This document shows, in pieces, positions 1 through 11,990 of a DNA stretch of 64,000 nt. How positions within the stretch are numbered: the first letter of the stretch is position 1; the number at the start of each line of letters is the position of its first letter. Made by a program: the position numbers and the translations under genes. Source of the stretch: an uncultured Bacteroidales bacterium (GTDB lineage Bacteria > Bacteroidota > Bacteroidia > Bacteroidales > UBA1402); contig CAZCWK010000006.1 of NCBI GenBank assembly GCA_964502355.1, positions 2,321 through 66,320 of the forward strand. The letters run 5' to 3'. The notes beneath the pieces were generated by a model. That model was not told where the DNA came from. It searched no databases and was given only the letters and a program-made list of their open reading frames with translations.

Positions 1-757
1 TTCCATCATAATTAATTTTAGCCAGATCGTTAGTAAATATTTTTTCCTTACAGATTTCAGGTGCATCAATTATCAGGGTTTCAGTATCAGATAATGTTAC
101 TGAAATGCCTGGTAGGAGGGTATAGCTTTTAGAAGCACCTTTTCCATTTATTTTTCTTAATCCAATATGAGATAATGTTTCAGCCATGCCATATGAGACA
201 TAAACATTATTTGGAAATGATTTTAAGTTGTTTTCAAGTGATATCTCAATGCTTTGTCCGCCAATGAGTAAGTTTTTTACTCTTTTCAGCTTTTTTGTCT
301 CATCTTCTGATTGTAATGTATTATAAACCTGCATCGGAACCATTGAAATAAAATCAAAACCGACGTTAATCTCTTTTAGCGGATTTCCCGTTGGATCAAT
401 GGGATAAAGGTCAAGACCAGCTACCAGCGATCTTACTACGAGCATTTTTGCGGCAATATAATTCAATGATAAGCAGAGTAATACTTTATCATTTTCCTTT
501 AGTTGAAAATAATTGCATGATAATTCTGCACTTTTTATCATGGATTTCTTTTTGACATCCATGGTTTTGGGCATTCCCGTAGAGCCGGAAGTGGAAATTG
601 ACATACAATCACTATCGTCAAACCAGTTATTCAGGAAATCATTTAATTCAACAGGAACGCCATTTTCAGTTGTCTTTCCTGACTTAATATCCTCTGAATT
701 ATATAGTATTCCATTAATTCTTATGGTTTGCTTATCTATCAAAGTCTTAAACCTCAT
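1..757 (-). CDS. menE: O-succinylbenzoate--CoA ligase (AMP-binding acyl-CoA synthetase family), C-terminus beyond window edge
   Basis: Absent from the ORF track because it runs off the window. The minus-strand frame from ATG 757-755 stays open to base 1. My translation starts MRFKTLIDKQ and contains the AMP-binding signature SISTSGSTGMPKT (codons about 601-563). ATGA start/stop overlap with menC. It is the last gene of a menF-D-B-C-E array. Confidence 0.8.
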   Translation of the reverse strand, partial: MRFKTLIDKQTIRINGILYNSEDIKSGKTTENGVPVELNDFLNNWFDDSDCMSISTSGSTGMPKTMDVKKKSMIKSAELSCNYFQLKENDKVLLCLSLNYIAAKMLVVRSLVAGLDLYPIDPTGNPLKEINVGFDFISMVPMQVYNTLQSEDETKKLKRVKNLLIGGQSIEISLENNLKSFPNNVYVSYGMAETLSHIGLRKINGKGASKSYTLLPGISVTLSDTETLIIDAPEICKEKIFTNDLAKINYDG

Positions 758-1785
758 TTTTTTGGTTTATACCATAATCTCTCTCCGATTATTTCAAGTG
801 GCATATTAATGTTGTTTTTAAACAATTTCCCGGTTCCCAATCCATGATAAGTGTCATTATCCAGTTTAGCACACCATTGAGCAATGGCATTCAATCCGAT
901 GTTTGATTCGAGAGCTGATGTAATCCACCAGCCAATATTCCTTTTTTCAGCGATATCTATCCATTCCTCACAACCTGTGAAACCACCATGTAAGGATGGT
1001 TTCAAAACTATGTAATCAGGTTTTAAAGTATCGAGCAATTTTATTTTTTCTTCTGAGGTGTTTACACCAATCAATTCTTCATCAAGAGCGATTGGTAATG
1101 GCGATTTTTTGATTATTTCAGCTGACAATTCCCGATTACCGGATTTTATGGGTTGTTCTATAGAATGAATATCCAATTCATTTAGCCTGCTTAATTTGAT
1201 TAAAGCATATTCAGGTTTGAATGCTCCGTTTGCATCAACACGGATAGTCAATTGATCAGATGAATATCTATTTCTGATTTGTTTAAGTATGTTTAGTTCC
1301 TCCTCAAAGTTTTGCGCTCCGATCTTTAGTTTGATGCATTTGAATCCAGCTTCAATTTTATCTTTAACTTGTTCAGTCATTTTTTCAATGGTGCCCATCC
1401 AGATAAGACCATTGGTTAAAATGCCTTCTTCTCCTCTGGAAAAAGGTGTATCCCATAAGGCGTAATCGTTTCTTTCGTAATGCCTTATGGCTGTTTCAAT
1501 CCCGAATTTTATTGAAGGGTAGGGACGAAGCTCTTCAAAATCAAAAGAATCATCGCTTTCAATTTTTTGACAGAAGTAGTTTAGCTTCGATTCGTATTCA
1601 TGATCGTAATCACAACTTAAATCAGGAAGTGGTGCGCATTCTCCAATTCCAAAATGGTAAGAATTACTTTTGTCCGTAATCGTAATCAACCATAAAGTTC
1701 TTTTATTATAAACACCTCTTGATGTTCCGGCAGGTATTTTAAAATCAAGTATTCGTTGATCAACTTTGATTCTGATATTTTGCAT
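754..1785 (-). CDS. menC: o-succinylbenzoate synthase (enolase superfamily)
   Basis: 343 aa. Enolase-superfamily pattern (KLKIG, IRVDANGAF, ALDEEL). Sits between menB and menE. Confidence 0.8.
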   Translation of the reverse strand: MQNIRIKVDQRILDFKIPAGTSRGVYNKRTLWLITITDKSNSYHFGIGECAPLPDLSCDYDHEYESKLNYFCQKIESDDSFDFEELRPYPSIKFGIETAIRHYERNDYALWDTPFSRGEEGILTNGLIWMGTIEKMTEQVKDKIEAGFKCIKLKIGAQNFEEELNILKQIRNRYSSDQLTIRVDANGAFKPEYALIKLSRLNELDIHSIEQPIKSGNRELSAEIIKKSPLPIALDEELIGVNTSEEKIKLLDTLKPDYIVLKPSLHGGFTGCEEWIDIAEKRNIGWWITSALESNIGLNAIAQWCAKLDNDTYHGLGTGKLFKNNINMPLEIIGERLWYKPKK

Positions 1786-1882
1786 ATGTTATTCTCTATA
1801 AATTACGAAAGAACCATATGGAATGCCGTATTCCAAAGGATTGTTCATTCAAAGTACTGGTTTATTAATACTCAATCCTCAA

Positions 1883-2707
1883 TCAGGGGAACTTCGGGAA
1901 TTTTTTAAAGTCTGGTTTCCTCTTTTCAAGAAATGCTTTTTTACCTTCCTGAGCTTCTTCAGTCATGTAATATAATAATGTGGCGTTTCCGGCCAGTTCC
2001 TGTATTCCTGCCTGCCCGTCAAGTTCGGCATTCAATCCCATTTTTATCATACGTAAAGCAAGAGGACTATGTTGCATCATGGTTTCTGCCCATTCAACCA
2101 CTTCGTCTTCAAGCTTGTCAAATGGTACAACTTTATTCACAAGACCCATCTCAAGAGCTTCCTGAGCTGAATATTGCCTGCACATAAACCAAATCTCTCT
2201 TGCTTTCTTTTGTCCGACAACACTGGCAAGATATGATGATCCGAATCCTGCATCAAAACTTCCGACGCGAGGTCCTGTCTGACCAAATATTGCATTCTCA
2301 GATGCAACTGATATATCACAAACAACATGTAATACGTGACCTCCACCTATAGCGAAACCATTTACCATTGCAATGACCGGTTTAGGCAAAGATCTTATTT
2401 GTTTCTGTACATCTAGTATATTTAATCTAGGAACTCCGTTTTTGTCAATATACCCTCCCTTACCTTTATAATTCTGATCACCGCCTGAACAAAATGCTTT
2501 GTCTCCTTCACCGGTAAGAACAACTACATAAATATCAGTATTTTCACGGCATACTCTCAAAGCATCACTTATTTCAGCTGATGTCAATGGTGTGAATGCA
2601 TTTCTGTATCTTGGTCTGTTTATCGTAATTTTACCAATACCATTGAAATACTCGAATTTTATTTCTTCGTACTGTTTGATTATTTCCCAGTTTCTTTCAG
2701 ATGACAT
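1883..2707 (-). CDS. menB: 1,4-dihydroxy-2-naphthoyl-CoA synthase
   Basis: 274 aa crotonase-fold protein ([19 protein letters not shown]-terminal KRKPDF). men operon context. Confidence 0.9.
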   Translation of the reverse strand: MSSERNWEIIKQYEEIKFEYFNGIGKITINRPRYRNAFTPLTSAEISDALRVCRENTDIYVVVLTGEGDKAFCSGGDQNYKGKGGYIDKNGVPRLNILDVQKQIRSLPKPVIAMVNGFAIGGGHVLHVVCDISVASENAIFGQTGPRVGSFDAGFGSSYLASVVGQKKAREIWFMCRQYSAQEALEMGLVNKVVPFDKLEDEVVEWAETMMQHSPLALRMIKMGLNAELDGQAGIQELAGNATLLYYMTEEAQEGKKAFLEKRKPDFKKFPKFP

Positions 2708-4394
2708 GATTGTTTTGTTTTAGATTATTGTAGTACTGATCTACAGCTTTTTTGTTATTAATTTTGTTTGTGAAAATTTCCAGTAAAACTCCATTATTCC
2801 GATTTTTACTAAAAAATTCAGATAGCACACTGTCAAGTTCCTCAATGTTTTCTGCTTTCAGGTAATCCAAATCTGTCGCTTCAATCCACTTGCGTGCATC
2901 TTTTGAATGACTTGCACTAACATATTTTTCAAGAGATTCTGCCTTTTCCAATCCCGGTAAAAGATGAAATATCCCGCCACCTCCGTTATTAATTAGAATA
3001 ATATGCAGATTTCCCGGTACTTTGTAATTCCACAAACTATTTAAGTCATAGAAGAAACTCAGATCTCCGACTAAAAGAAAAACTTCACCTTCATGTATGG
3101 TAGAATAACCTATAGCAGTTGATAATGTTCCTTCTATGCCGTTTGTGCCTCTGTTGCAAAAAACTTTTAAAGTTTTTTTCTTTTCGTATAGTTGAATATT
3201 TCTTACAGATGAACTATTTGCAACAAATAATACTGAATCCGAAGGCATTGAGTTCATGATTTTTCCGGTAACGACAATGTCAGAAAAAGGCAAGTTGAAG
3301 TCAGGGCTTTTAACCACAGATGATTCTTTTTGCCACATCGAAATGTATTCAGAGTCAGTTTCATGACATTCCTCAATGTGTTTTTCAAGTTTACTGAAGA
3401 AAATCTCAGGAGTCGAATTTATATAATGAGTAAGACATTTATATGTATCAGGTATTTCATCTGATGTTGAAATATGCCAATGATATTCAGGTGGATTATT
3501 TCTCAGAAGATTTTTAATTCTTTTTGAGACTATATGTCCACCAAAAGTAATCAGCAATTCAGGTGCAAACTTCATTATATTATCAGAGTCACACCCCGAC
3601 AGGATTGCATCAAAATTGTAGATGTCGTCGTGTAAAACAGAATTACTCAAATGCTCATCCAGTAAAACGAAATCGTTTTTATTTGATTTCAAAAGATGAT
3701 CAAAAGTGTTTTCAATGCTCCTCTGACCAATCATAATGATGCGTTTACCTGACTTTTTCCAGATTTCAGCAAGTTGAGTTAAGTCTTCGTAAGATATATC
3801 ATTTACTGCTTTAACCTGATTAATCTTTCTCGATTCAGGTAATTCTTCCAGGCTAAAATCAAATAATGGTTCTGATATCGGAATATTTATATGTACGGGC
3901 CCCGGACAATTCATTTGACAAGCTATCAGAGCCTCATTCAGAAGTCTGTTGCAATGCCAGTTGTCTTCTTCATTATTAATTTCAGGCAGTTGAACGGATT
4001 TTTTGACAAGACTTCTAAAAACTCCATATTGAGGTACTGTCTGTCCATCCATCTGACCAATCCATGCAGGAGATCTGTCTGCCGAAATTACAATTAAAGG
4101 TAATTTCTGATAATAGGCTTCAGCTACTGCAGGGTGATAATTTAATAATGCTGTTCCTGATGTACAGCATATTACAACTGGTTTCTTAGTCTTATAAATT
4201 ATTCCTATTGCATAAAAAGAGGCACTTCTTTCATCAACAACCGAATGGCATCTGAAAAAAGGATCTATAGCAAAGCCCTGAAGCAGAGGTGCATTTCTTG
4301 ACCCCGGTGACATAACCACATCATTGATCCCAAAAGCTTTCAATAATGCAATTGTCTGAACTACATTTTTTTTTGATGAAAACATTTTTTTCAT
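2697..4394 (-). CDS. menD: 2-succinyl-5-enolpyruvyl-6-hydroxy-3-cyclohexene-1-carboxylate (SEPHCHC) synthase
   Basis: 565 aa ThDP-dependent enzyme. N-terminal GSRNAPL; C-terminal ThDP motif [11 protein letters not shown]...NNGGGGIF. Overlaps menB by 11 nt and menF by 4 nt. Confidence 0.85.
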   Translation of the reverse strand: MKKMFSSKKNVVQTIALLKAFGINDVVMSPGSRNAPLLQGFAIDPFFRCHSVVDERSASFYAIGIIYKTKKPVVICCTSGTALLNYHPAVAEAYYQKLPLIVISADRSPAWIGQMDGQTVPQYGVFRSLVKKSVQLPEINNEEDNWHCNRLLNEALIACQMNCPGPVHINIPISEPLFDFSLEELPESRKINQVKAVNDISYEDLTQLAEIWKKSGKRIIMIGQRSIENTFDHLLKSNKNDFVLLDEHLSNSVLHDDIYNFDAILSGCDSDNIMKFAPELLITFGGHIVSKRIKNLLRNNPPEYHWHISTSDEIPDTYKCLTHYINSTPEIFFSKLEKHIEECHETDSEYISMWQKESSVVKSPDFNLPFSDIVVTGKIMNSMPSDSVLFVANSSSVRNIQLYEKKKTLKVFCNRGTNGIEGTLSTAIGYSTIHEGEVFLLVGDLSFFYDLNSLWNYKVPGNLHIILINNGGGGIFHLLPGLEKAESLEKYVSASHSKDARKWIEATDLDYLKAENIEELDSVLSEFFSKNRNNGVLLEIFTNKINNKKAVDQYYNNLKQNNHVI

Positions 4395-5509
4395 TTATCA
4401 ATTATGGAAAGCATCGTATTAAACTTAGCTTCAGTTTCTTCCCATTCATTCTCAATCTCAGAATCATCTATCAAACCACCGCCGGCATATAGTATCAAAG
4501 CATTATCAGTGATTTCCATGCATCTCAGATTTACATAAAGGCTGGTTTCTCCATTTTTGGATATAGGACCGCAAAAGCCACAATAATACTTCCTGTCGTG
4601 GCCTTCATTACTTCTTATGATTTCCATAGCGATGTCTTTAGGATATCCGCTGACTGCAGGAGTTGGGTGTAAAGAGAACAGCAAGTCACTTAAATAACTG
4701 TTAAAACGTAAATTCATTTTAAATTCCGTTTTCAGATGTTTCAATTTGCCGGCTTTTATCGTATAAGGTCCATTCATTGTAAATGTAATTTCCTTTTCAA
4801 GAAGCTTCTTTCGAATAAATGAAGTTACAATTTCCTGCTCATTTACATTTTTATTGTCCCATATGTTTTCATTACCGTTATCATCAAATTTTGTTCCTGC
4901 AAGTGAAACCGTTTGCCAGTCATCGCCTTTTCCGGAAATAATAATTTCGGGTGTTATTGTTAACCATGTACCTGAATGAATTGTTTTAAACATACATACC
5001 ATAGCCTCAGGGTATGATTCAAAAGCTTTCCTGAATGTCATTCCCAACGAAAAATTTTCAGGTTTTATAATTGCTTTTTTTCTTGACAAAACGATTTTCT
5101 CACAAACTCCATCAGTCAGAAATGATTTGAATCTATCAAATGTTTTACAATATCTCCCGTATTCATCTGTACTGAGTAAAGGTCCATAATCATTTTTGCA
5201 GACATTTTGATTAATATCAAAACCTTGTTCTTCGATCCAGCTGAATATCTGATATTCATTCTCGAACTTCAGATCATTTCTAATAAGCATAATCGGATTT
5301 TCTGAACTTATATCAAAAGGAGAGATGACGAAACCTTCGGCAGGATCGACGTCTGAATAACTATATAAACATTTGGCATGATCGTTAATCTGAACAATCA
5401 TATTCAGTTGTTCAGAACCGGGTAAACTGTATATCGCAAAGTCAAGCCCTGATCCCAGCAAACCGTCCAAAAGAGAGTAATCTAAATATTTGGTTTCACC
5501 AACTAACAT
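4391..5509 (-). CDS. menF: isochorismate synthase
   Basis: Chorismate-utilising fold motifs LHPTPAVSGYP, YCGFCGP, AGGGLIDDS. The track start at 5530 is a TTG; the first ATG is at 5509. Confidence 0.8.
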   Translation of the reverse strand: MLVGETKYLDYSLLDGLLGSGLDFAIYSLPGSEQLNMIVQINDHAKCLYSYSDVDPAEGFVISPFDISSENPIMLIRNDLKFENEYQIFSWIEEQGFDINQNVCKNDYGPLLSTDEYGRYCKTFDRFKSFLTDGVCEKIVLSRKKAIIKPENFSLGMTFRKAFESYPEAMVCMFKTIHSGTWLTITPEIIISGKGDDWQTVSLAGTKFDDNGNENIWDNKNVNEQEIVTSFIRKKLLEKEITFTMNGPYTIKAGKLKHLKTEFKMNLRFNSYLSDLLFSLHPTPAVSGYPKDIAMEIIRSNEGHDRKYYCGFCGPISKNGETSLYVNLRCMEITDNALILYAGGGLIDDSEIENEWEETEAKFNTMLSIIDK

Positions 5510-5627
5510 AAAAGAAAAACATTTAAGCAAAAATAAGACTAATTATTTAATTACGGTGCGCTAACCCGGCTGCTTTGCGGAGATGTCAGAAAAAATGATT
5601 TATATCCGGGATAAATGAAACAAAAAG

Positions 5628-6608
5628 TTACAATACTTTGTTCAGAAACTTAACTGAGTAATCGACAGCTGTTTCAACCCATGGTGAAAACAGCCAATAG
5701 GAGTGTGGTGCATCTTTGATCATATACTCTTCATTAACAATGCCGTATTTATCAAGGAGTTTCATCATGTCTTTTTGTCCCGCACTAAAACGAGGCTGGA
5801 TGCTGTTAACATATAAAAAATTCGCACTTTTTTTATTTACATGAGTCAATGCCGATGCTTCATACCATAATTCAGGTTTATCATTAAATGAACTTCCAAG
5901 CCATGCTGTTGCAGCAGAAGGTTTCCCCGGAATATCTTTACCTTCACCGGAATCAGGGTGGATAAATGCAAGTACTCCGTCAAAGTCAATCACAGCAAAT
6001 ACATCATCCGTATATTTATAGTATTTATCTGACCTGTAAGGGGATTTTTTTTTATTAATACTCCCCAATAAAGAAACCATTTGTCCTCCTGAAGAACAAC
6101 CCAAAAGTATAACCCGTTTTTTGTCGAAACCATACTTATCGGCATTTGCTTTAGTCCATCTTATAGCAGTAACAATGTCTTTCAGACCTTCAGGGTATCC
6201 TGACTCCATTGACAATCTGTATTCTACAGAAATTGCAGCGAATCCTTTACCGGCAAACAGGTTTGCCATATAGTGGTTCATGTTTTTATCGCCTGACCGC
6301 CAACCACCTCCATGTATTAGTAAAACGACGGGAATTTCTTTATTGTTATTTTTTGGTTTGAAAATATCAAGATGAAGTTCTCTTTTGTCAAACTGTTCAT
6401 AAACAACATTATAATGATACTCAATATCGTTGTTTTCGCTAAAAAAAGGTAAACTTATATAAGGATATTTTTTTTGATGTTTTTTTAATTCGTTTGTTGT
6501 ATTGTAAGAACTGTCAAAAGGGATTTCAGGATGCATCTTGTAGTGTTGCGTATAGCCTGAAGTGCATAAAAACATAAAAAACAAGGTAAAATATATGATT
6601 TTGTTCAT
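5628..6608 (-). CDS. secreted alpha/beta hydrolase (esterase/lipase type)
   Basis: HGGGW oxyanion-hole motif and GCSSGG nucleophile elbow. The internal Met at 6608 starts a signal peptide (MNKIIYFTLFFMFLCTSGYTQ), so the 6677 start is probably too long. Confidence 0.7.
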   Translation of the reverse strand: MNKIIYFTLFFMFLCTSGYTQHYKMHPEIPFDSSYNTTNELKKHQKKYPYISLPFFSENNDIEYHYNVVYEQFDKRELHLDIFKPKNNNKEIPVVLLIHGGGWRSGDKNMNHYMANLFAGKGFAAISVEYRLSMESGYPEGLKDIVTAIRWTKANADKYGFDKKRVILLGCSSGGQMVSLLGSINKKKSPYRSDKYYKYTDDVFAVIDFDGVLAFIHPDSGEGKDIPGKPSAATAWLGSSFNDKPELWYEASALTHVNKKSANFLYVNSIQPRFSAGQKDMMKLLDKYGIVNEEYMIKDAPHSYWLFSPWVETAVDYSVKFLNKVL

Positions 6609-6720
6609 TTTGATTATTTGCAAATAATTTAAAGTCAAAAATATAAATAAACAAAATAAAAAAAGATATTCAAACATAATGTATTTTAATCCTATTCGTT
6701 AATGTTTACTTTTTTATATT

Positions 6721-6728
6721 TATATTTG
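6721..6728 (+). promoter_or_regulatory. candidate Bacteroidota -7 promoter box (TAnnTTTG)
   Basis: TATATTTG matches the TAnnTTTG consensus, about 100 nt upstream of the CapD-like gene. No clear -33 TTTG was seen. Confidence 0.25.
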
Positions 6729-6830
6729 TAGCTCTTTACGTCCCAAATTTTTTGATCTCCATGGATAAGCAAGACAGATTATTGTTTTTTTTAATTTGGT
6801 CGGGCTGGTTTTTAATTTAAAATATTTCTT

Positions 6831-8771
6831 ATGGAAGACCTTAAATCGTGGTTAATAAAAACTGTTAAGAAACTATTGAAGTTTTCTCTTGAACACAGAC
6901 GAATTGTTCTTTTTGTAGATTTAATTATAAGTATATTTGGTTTATCACTTTCTGTTTTTATATACAACTATACAACTGATTATACTCAGCTAAGTCTGTT
7001 ACGGCTTTTTCAGGCTCAAATTGCATTCTTGATTTTTAATTTATTTACGTTCAGTTTGTTGAGGACTTATTCAAATCTGAATCGTCACACTACAATAAAA
7101 GAAATCTGGAGAGTCTTTGTATCGGTTTCAATATCCTGTATTTTGCTTTTATTTTTTTTAAAAATAATCGGATATCCGAAAATATCTGCTGAGTTTGTTG
7201 TTACATATACTTTTTTAATAACATTATTTATTTCTCTTTTTGTAAGGTTTCTGGTTATCTATACTTACGATTTTTCAAGGTCGCTGGCTAATAAAAAGAG
7301 GGAAAAAACTTTGATTTACGAGTTTGGCCCTCATAGTCTTGCTTTGGCTGGCTGGATTAAAAGAAGTGAATATTTAAATCTTAACGTTCAGGCATTTATT
7401 ACCAGACAGAAAGATGCAAGAAAAACCAGAATAATGGATAAGCCTGTTTATTATATGCCCAATGATGATATAGACTATATTCTTGAAAAACACAATGTTT
7501 CTACAATTCTTTTTCCTGATTATATGAGTGTCAGCAAGGAAAAAGATTTTATTTCATCTATGGTTGACAAAGGAATGAAATTACTGGTCACTCCACCTTT
7601 GGAGGGAATCAGGAATGACGATGAAAAAAAATACCAAATAAAGAATATTCAGCTTGAAGATTTATTGGGAAGGGCAGAGATAGTTATTGATTTAGAGAAG
7701 ATTAGAAATCAGACTTCAGGCAAAACTATACTAATCACAGGTGCAGCCGGATCTATTGGCAGTGAAATGGTAAGGCAATTGTCCGGATTAAGTCCCAAAA
7801 TGCTTATACTTTATGATACTGCAGAAACACCAATGCATGATTTGAGAATCGAACTTGAAAGTCAGAAAAATAAAATCAATTTTGTTCCTGTTATTGGTGA
7901 TATCAGGTATGAACACAGATTAAAACAGGTATTTGATACTTATCATCCTGATATCGTTTTTCATGCTGCTGCCTATAAACATGTTCCATTAATGGAAGAA
8001 AATCCCTGTGAGGCGATAAGAGTGAATGTTAAAGGCACAAAATTCCTGTGTGATATGGCGATTCAAAATAATGTTGAGTGCTTTGTAATGATTTCAACTG
8101 ACAAAGCTGTAAACCCAACTAATGTAATGGGGGCATCAAAAAGAATGGCTGAAATATATGTGCAATCTGTTGCAAGAAAAATTCAGAATGAAGGTAGCAA
8201 AATGAGAATTCTGACTACCCGTTTTGGTAATGTGCTTGGATCAAACGGATCAGTTATACCTCTTTTCAGACAACAAATTGAAGCAGGTGGACCGGTAACT
8301 GTTACAGATCCTGAAATTGAAAGATATTTTATGACAATACCTGAAGCCTGCAGACTGGTTCTTGAAGCCTCTGTTTTGGGTAATAATGGAGAAATTTACG
8401 TTTTTGATATGGGTAAACCCGTAAAGATTAAGGAATTAGCCAGGAGAATGATAATCTTGTCAGGGCGTAAACCGGAAACCGATATTAAAATTGTTTATAC
8501 CGGATTAAGACCCGGTGAGAAACTTTATGAAGAGCTGTTAAATGACAAAGAAAAAACCCTACCTACGACACATGAAAAAATTACTGTTGCTAAGGTAAGG
8601 CAATATGATTATCAATATGTTTTGGAGTCAATTAATAAAACCATACATTACGCTGATATAGTAGATATTGACAATACGATAATTAGTCTCAAGGAAATTA
8701 TAAGTGAGTATAACAGTAATAATTCACCTTTTAAGAAATTTGATGTTTCACGAAAAATAAATCAGAATTAA
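6831..8771 (+). CDS. polysaccharide biosynthesis protein, CapD/WbpM/PglF-type membrane-anchored NDP-HexNAc 4,6-dehydratase
   Basis: 646 aa. Several N-terminal TM segments, then a Rossmann motif ([13 protein letters not shown]) and SDR-like motifs ([19 protein letters not shown]). Confidence 0.8.
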   Translation: MEDLKSWLIKTVKKLLKFSLEHRRIVLFVDLIISIFGLSLSVFIYNYTTDYTQLSLLRLFQAQIAFLIFNLFTFSLLRTYSNLNRHTTIKEIWRVFVSVSISCILLLFFLKIIGYPKISAEFVVTYTFLITLFISLFVRFLVIYTYDFSRSLANKKREKTLIYEFGPHSLALAGWIKRSEYLNLNVQAFITRQKDARKTRIMDKPVYYMPNDDIDYILEKHNVSTILFPDYMSVSKEKDFISSMVDKGMKLLVTPPLEGIRNDDEKKYQIKNIQLEDLLGRAEIVIDLEKIRNQTSGKTILITGAAGSIGSEMVRQLSGLSPKMLILYDTAETPMHDLRIELESQKNKINFVPVIGDIRYEHRLKQVFDTYHPDIVFHAAAYKHVPLMEENPCEAIRVNVKGTKFLCDMAIQNNVECFVMISTDKAVNPTNVMGASKRMAEIYVQSVARKIQNEGSKMRILTTRFGNVLGSNGSVIPLFRQQIEAGGPVTVTDPEIERYFMTIPEACRLVLEASVLGNNGEIYVFDMGKPVKIKELARRMIILSGRKPETDIKIVYTGLRPGEKLYEELLNDKEKTLPTTHEKITVAKVRQYDYQYVLESINKTIHYADIVDIDNTIISLKEIISEYNSNNSPFKKFDVSRKINQN

Positions 8772-8784
8772 TATTTATAATAAT

Positions 8785-9936
8785 ATGTCAAAAGTAGCTT
8801 TAATCACAGGAATCACCGGTCAGGATGGTGCATATCTTGCAGAGTATCTTATTAAAAAAGGATACATTGTACATGGTATTAAGAGAAGATCCTCCATGTT
8901 TAATACAGACAGGATTGATCATCTTTATCAGGCTCCCTGGGAGGAAGACAGAAGGATGGTACTTCACTACGGAGATTTGACAGACAGCCTGAATCTTACC
9001 AGAATTATTGGTGAAATTAAGCCTGACGAGATTTATAACCTTGCTGCAATGAGCCATGTAAAAGTAAGCTTTGATACACCTGAATATACTGCGAATGCTG
9101 ATGGTTTAGGTACTCTAAGAATACTTGAGGCTGTCAGATTACTGGAACTTACTAAAAAGACCAGGATTTATCAGGCTTCGACTTCTGAACTATATGGTAT
9201 GGTTCAGGAAATACCACAAAAAGAAACCACACCATTTTATCCCAGGAGTCCTTATGCAGTAGCAAAGCTATATGCTTACTGGATTACTGTAAACTATCGG
9301 GAGGCCTACGGAATGCATGCAAGCAATGGCATACTTTTTAATCATGAATCTCCTTTAAGAGGTGAAACCTTTGTAACCAGAAAGGTCACAAGAGCAGTTT
9401 CAAGAATTGTTCTTGGTATGCAGAAAAGTGTTTATATGGGTAATTTATCTTCCAAAAGAGACTGGGGACATGCTAAAGATTATATCAGAGCAATGTACCT
9501 TATACTACAACAGGACAAACCTGATGATTACGTTATAGCAACAGGTATTACAACTACAATCCGTGATTTTATTCTGATGGCTTTTTCTGAAATTGGTGTT
9601 AGTATCGAATTCAGGGGAAATGGTCTTGATGAGAAAGGTTATCTGGTTTCTGTAGATGAAAATATTTTTACAAAGACTGTCGGTGCTGAATATCTTGAAC
9701 AACTATTAAAAAGGAGAGGAGAAATCTTTGTAGGAGTAGATAAGAATTATTTCAGACCTACTGAAGTGGAACTATTGATAGGAGACGCATCCAAGGCCAG
9801 AAACATACTGGGCTGGAAACCTGAATATGATTTAAAATCATTGTGTAATGATATGATTATGAGTGATATAAAACTTATGAAAAAGGAGAACTACCTTAGA
9901 GACGGCGGATACCGCATTATGAATTATTTTGAATGA
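8785..9936 (+). CDS. gmd: GDP-mannose 4,6-dehydratase
   Basis: 383 aa. [25 protein letters not shown] and [15 protein letters not shown] are typical Gmd signatures. Confidence 0.95.
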   Translation: MSKVALITGITGQDGAYLAEYLIKKGYIVHGIKRRSSMFNTDRIDHLYQAPWEEDRRMVLHYGDLTDSLNLTRIIGEIKPDEIYNLAAMSHVKVSFDTPEYTANADGLGTLRILEAVRLLELTKKTRIYQASTSELYGMVQEIPQKETTPFYPRSPYAVAKLYAYWITVNYREAYGMHASNGILFNHESPLRGETFVTRKVTRAVSRIVLGMQKSVYMGNLSSKRDWGHAKDYIRAMYLILQQDKPDDYVIATGITTTIRDFILMAFSEIGVSIEFRGNGLDEKGYLVSVDENIFTKTVGAEYLEQLLKRRGEIFVGVDKNYFRPTEVELLIGDASKARNILGWKPEYDLKSLCNDMIMSDIKLMKKENYLRDGGYRIMNYFE

Positions 9937-9940
9937 TAAA

Positions 9941-11011
9941 ATGGAAAAAGAAGCTAAGATTTATGTTGCAGGTCATTTAGGATTGGTTGGCTCTGCTATT
10001 TTGAATAATTTAAAAAAAAGAGGATATACAAATTTCGTTTTACGTTCAATTTCTGAACTTGACCTTACAAATCAAAGTGCTGTAGAAAAATTCTTTAGTG
10101 AAGAGAAACCTGAATATGTTTTTCTGGCTGCTGCTCATGTGGGTGGTATAATTGCCAATAATACTTACAGAGCTGACTTTATTTACATCAACCTTCAGAT
10201 ACAAAACAATATAATTATTAGTTCATGGAAATACGGAGTTAAAAAACTCCTGTTTCTAGGCAGTACATGTATATATCCAAGAGATGCTCCTCAACCTATG
10301 TCTGAGAATACGTTGTTAACTTCTCCATTGGAATACACTAACGAGCCATATGCGATTGCTAAAATTGCAGGTTTGAAGATGTGTGAGAGCTTCAATCTTC
10401 AATACGGAACCAATTTTATAGCTGTTATGCCAACGAATCTTTACGGACCAAATGATAATTTCAATCTGGAAAAAAGTCATGTGCTTCCGGCATTAATCAG
10501 AAAGGCTCATTTGGGTAAGTGCCTGATGAATGATGATTATCAAAGTTTAAGAAATGATTTCAACAGATATCCTGTAGAGGGAGTTGACGGCAATGCTGAT
10601 TTATCGGAGATACTTTTCAAATTAGAAAAATACGGAGTTTCCAAAAACCAAATAGCCATTTGGGGTACCGGAGAGCCTACAAGAGAATTCCTGTGGAGTG
10701 AAGAAATGGCTGATGCCTGTGTCTTTATAATGGAAAAAGTTGATTTTAAAGATGTTAAAGGCCAGGATACTGAGGTTAAGAATTGTCATATAAATATTGG
10801 TACAGGCAAGGAAATAAGTATAAGACAACTTGCAATCCTGGTTTCAGAGATAGTCGGTTATGAAGGTGAATTATTTTTTGATTCCACAAAACCAGATGGA
10901 ACAATGAGAAAATTAACTGATCCCTCTAAATTACATTCATTAGGCTGGCATCATAAAATTGAAATCAATCAGGGTATTTCGACGCTTTACAATTGGTATC
11001 TTAATAAATAG
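9941..11011 (+). CDS. fcl: GDP-L-fucose synthase
   Basis: About 356 aa SDR ([25 protein letters not shown]), immediately after gmd. The track start 9929 is TTG; the ATG is at 9941. Confidence 0.9.
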   Translation: MEKEAKIYVAGHLGLVGSAILNNLKKRGYTNFVLRSISELDLTNQSAVEKFFSEEKPEYVFLAAAHVGGIIANNTYRADFIYINLQIQNNIIISSWKYGVKKLLFLGSTCIYPRDAPQPMSENTLLTSPLEYTNEPYAIAKIAGLKMCESFNLQYGTNFIAVMPTNLYGPNDNFNLEKSHVLPALIRKAHLGKCLMNDDYQSLRNDFNRYPVEGVDGNADLSEILFKLEKYGVSKNQIAIWGTGEPTREFLWSEEMADACVFIMEKVDFKDVKGQDTEVKNCHINIGTGKEISIRQLAILVSEIVGYEGELFFDSTKPDGTMRKLTDPSKLHSLGWHHKIEINQGISTLYNWYLNK

Positions 11012-11117
11012 TCATATTTTTGTAGAAATTCAAAAATCTGAAGTACAAAAACAATGATTTGTAATTACCTGTTCTGAAATAGTCGTATTTAAATATCATT
11101 GTGATTAAATAGAACAT

Positions 11118-11978
11118 ATGAAAGGAATTATACTTGCGGGCGGGAGTGCAACCCGTCTTTTCCCTTTGTCTAAGGCAATTTCAAAACAAATAATGCCTGT
11201 TTATGACAAACCAATGATATATTACCCGCTCTCAACATTGATGTTAGCAGGTATCAGGGAGGTTCTTATTATATCAACCCCAAGAGATTTGCCTATGTTC
11301 AGGGATCTGTTGGGTGATGGTAAAGAAATCGGTATGAATTTTGAGTATAAGATTCAGGAAGTACCTAATGGTTTGGCTCAGGCATTTGTTTTAGGTGCAG
11401 ATTTTCTTAATGGTGAACCCGGCTGTCTGATACTTGGTGATAATCTGTTTTATGGACAGGGTTTCTCTGAAATGCTTAAAAGAGCTGCTTCAAATCAAAA
11501 CGGAGCTACGATATTCGGTTATTATGTAAAGGATCCAAGTGCATATGGTGTGGTTGAATTTGATAATAACGGAAGTGTGGTTTCACTTGAAGAGAAACCG
11601 TTAGTGCCAAAATCACATTATGCTGTACCGGGTTTGTATTTTTATGATTCTAAGGTCGTTGAATATGCAAAAGCTCTGAAACCATCTCCCCGTGGTGAAT
11701 ATGAGATAACTGATTTGAATAAAGTATATCTTGAAAATAATAATCTCAAAGTGGAATTGTTTGGCAGGGGATTCGCGTGGCTTGATACAGGAAACTGTGA
11801 CAGCTTACTTGAAGCTTCAAATTTTGTGGCAACTATTCAAAACAGACAAGGATTTTATGTCTCCTGTATTGAAGAGATTTCATGGAGAAATGGCTGGATA
11901 GATAATGACCGTTTAAAAAGCCTTGGAGAAAAACTTTCAAAGACCTCATATGGACAATATTTATTGTCACTGTTATAA
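11118..11978 (+). CDS. rfbA: glucose-1-phosphate thymidylyltransferase
   Basis: 286 aa. [18 protein letters not shown]-terminus and a canonical RmlA C-terminus. Confidence 0.95.
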   Translation: MKGIILAGGSATRLFPLSKAISKQIMPVYDKPMIYYPLSTLMLAGIREVLIISTPRDLPMFRDLLGDGKEIGMNFEYKIQEVPNGLAQAFVLGADFLNGEPGCLILGDNLFYGQGFSEMLKRAASNQNGATIFGYYVKDPSAYGVVEFDNNGSVVSLEEKPLVPKSHYAVPGLYFYDSKVVEYAKALKPSPRGEYEITDLNKVYLENNNLKVELFGRGFAWLDTGNCDSLLEASNFVATIQNRQGFYVSCIEEISWRNGWIDNDRLKSLGEKLSKTSYGQYLLSLL

Positions 11979-11990
11979 ACATTAATAATT

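Noticed and set aside
513-809. 98-aa plus-strand ORF in the track
   Set aside because: It lies antisense to the menE/menC coding sequence, which carries clear AMP-binding and enolase-superfamily motifs. The product is low-complexity and hydrophobic. It is a shadow ORF.
5531-5627. Relatively GC-rich spacer between the esterase and menF (possible riboswitch or terminator)
   Set aside because: Only a weak CCCGG...CCGGG pairing with a long loop could be drawn. I recognised no riboswitch consensus.
6761-6820. 19-codon ORF (MDKQDRLLFFLIWSGWFLI) upstream of the CapD-like gene, and other mini-ORFs in intergenic regions
   Set aside because: They are too short, have no coupling to neighbouring genes, and carry no motif. 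ORFs like these are expected by chance.
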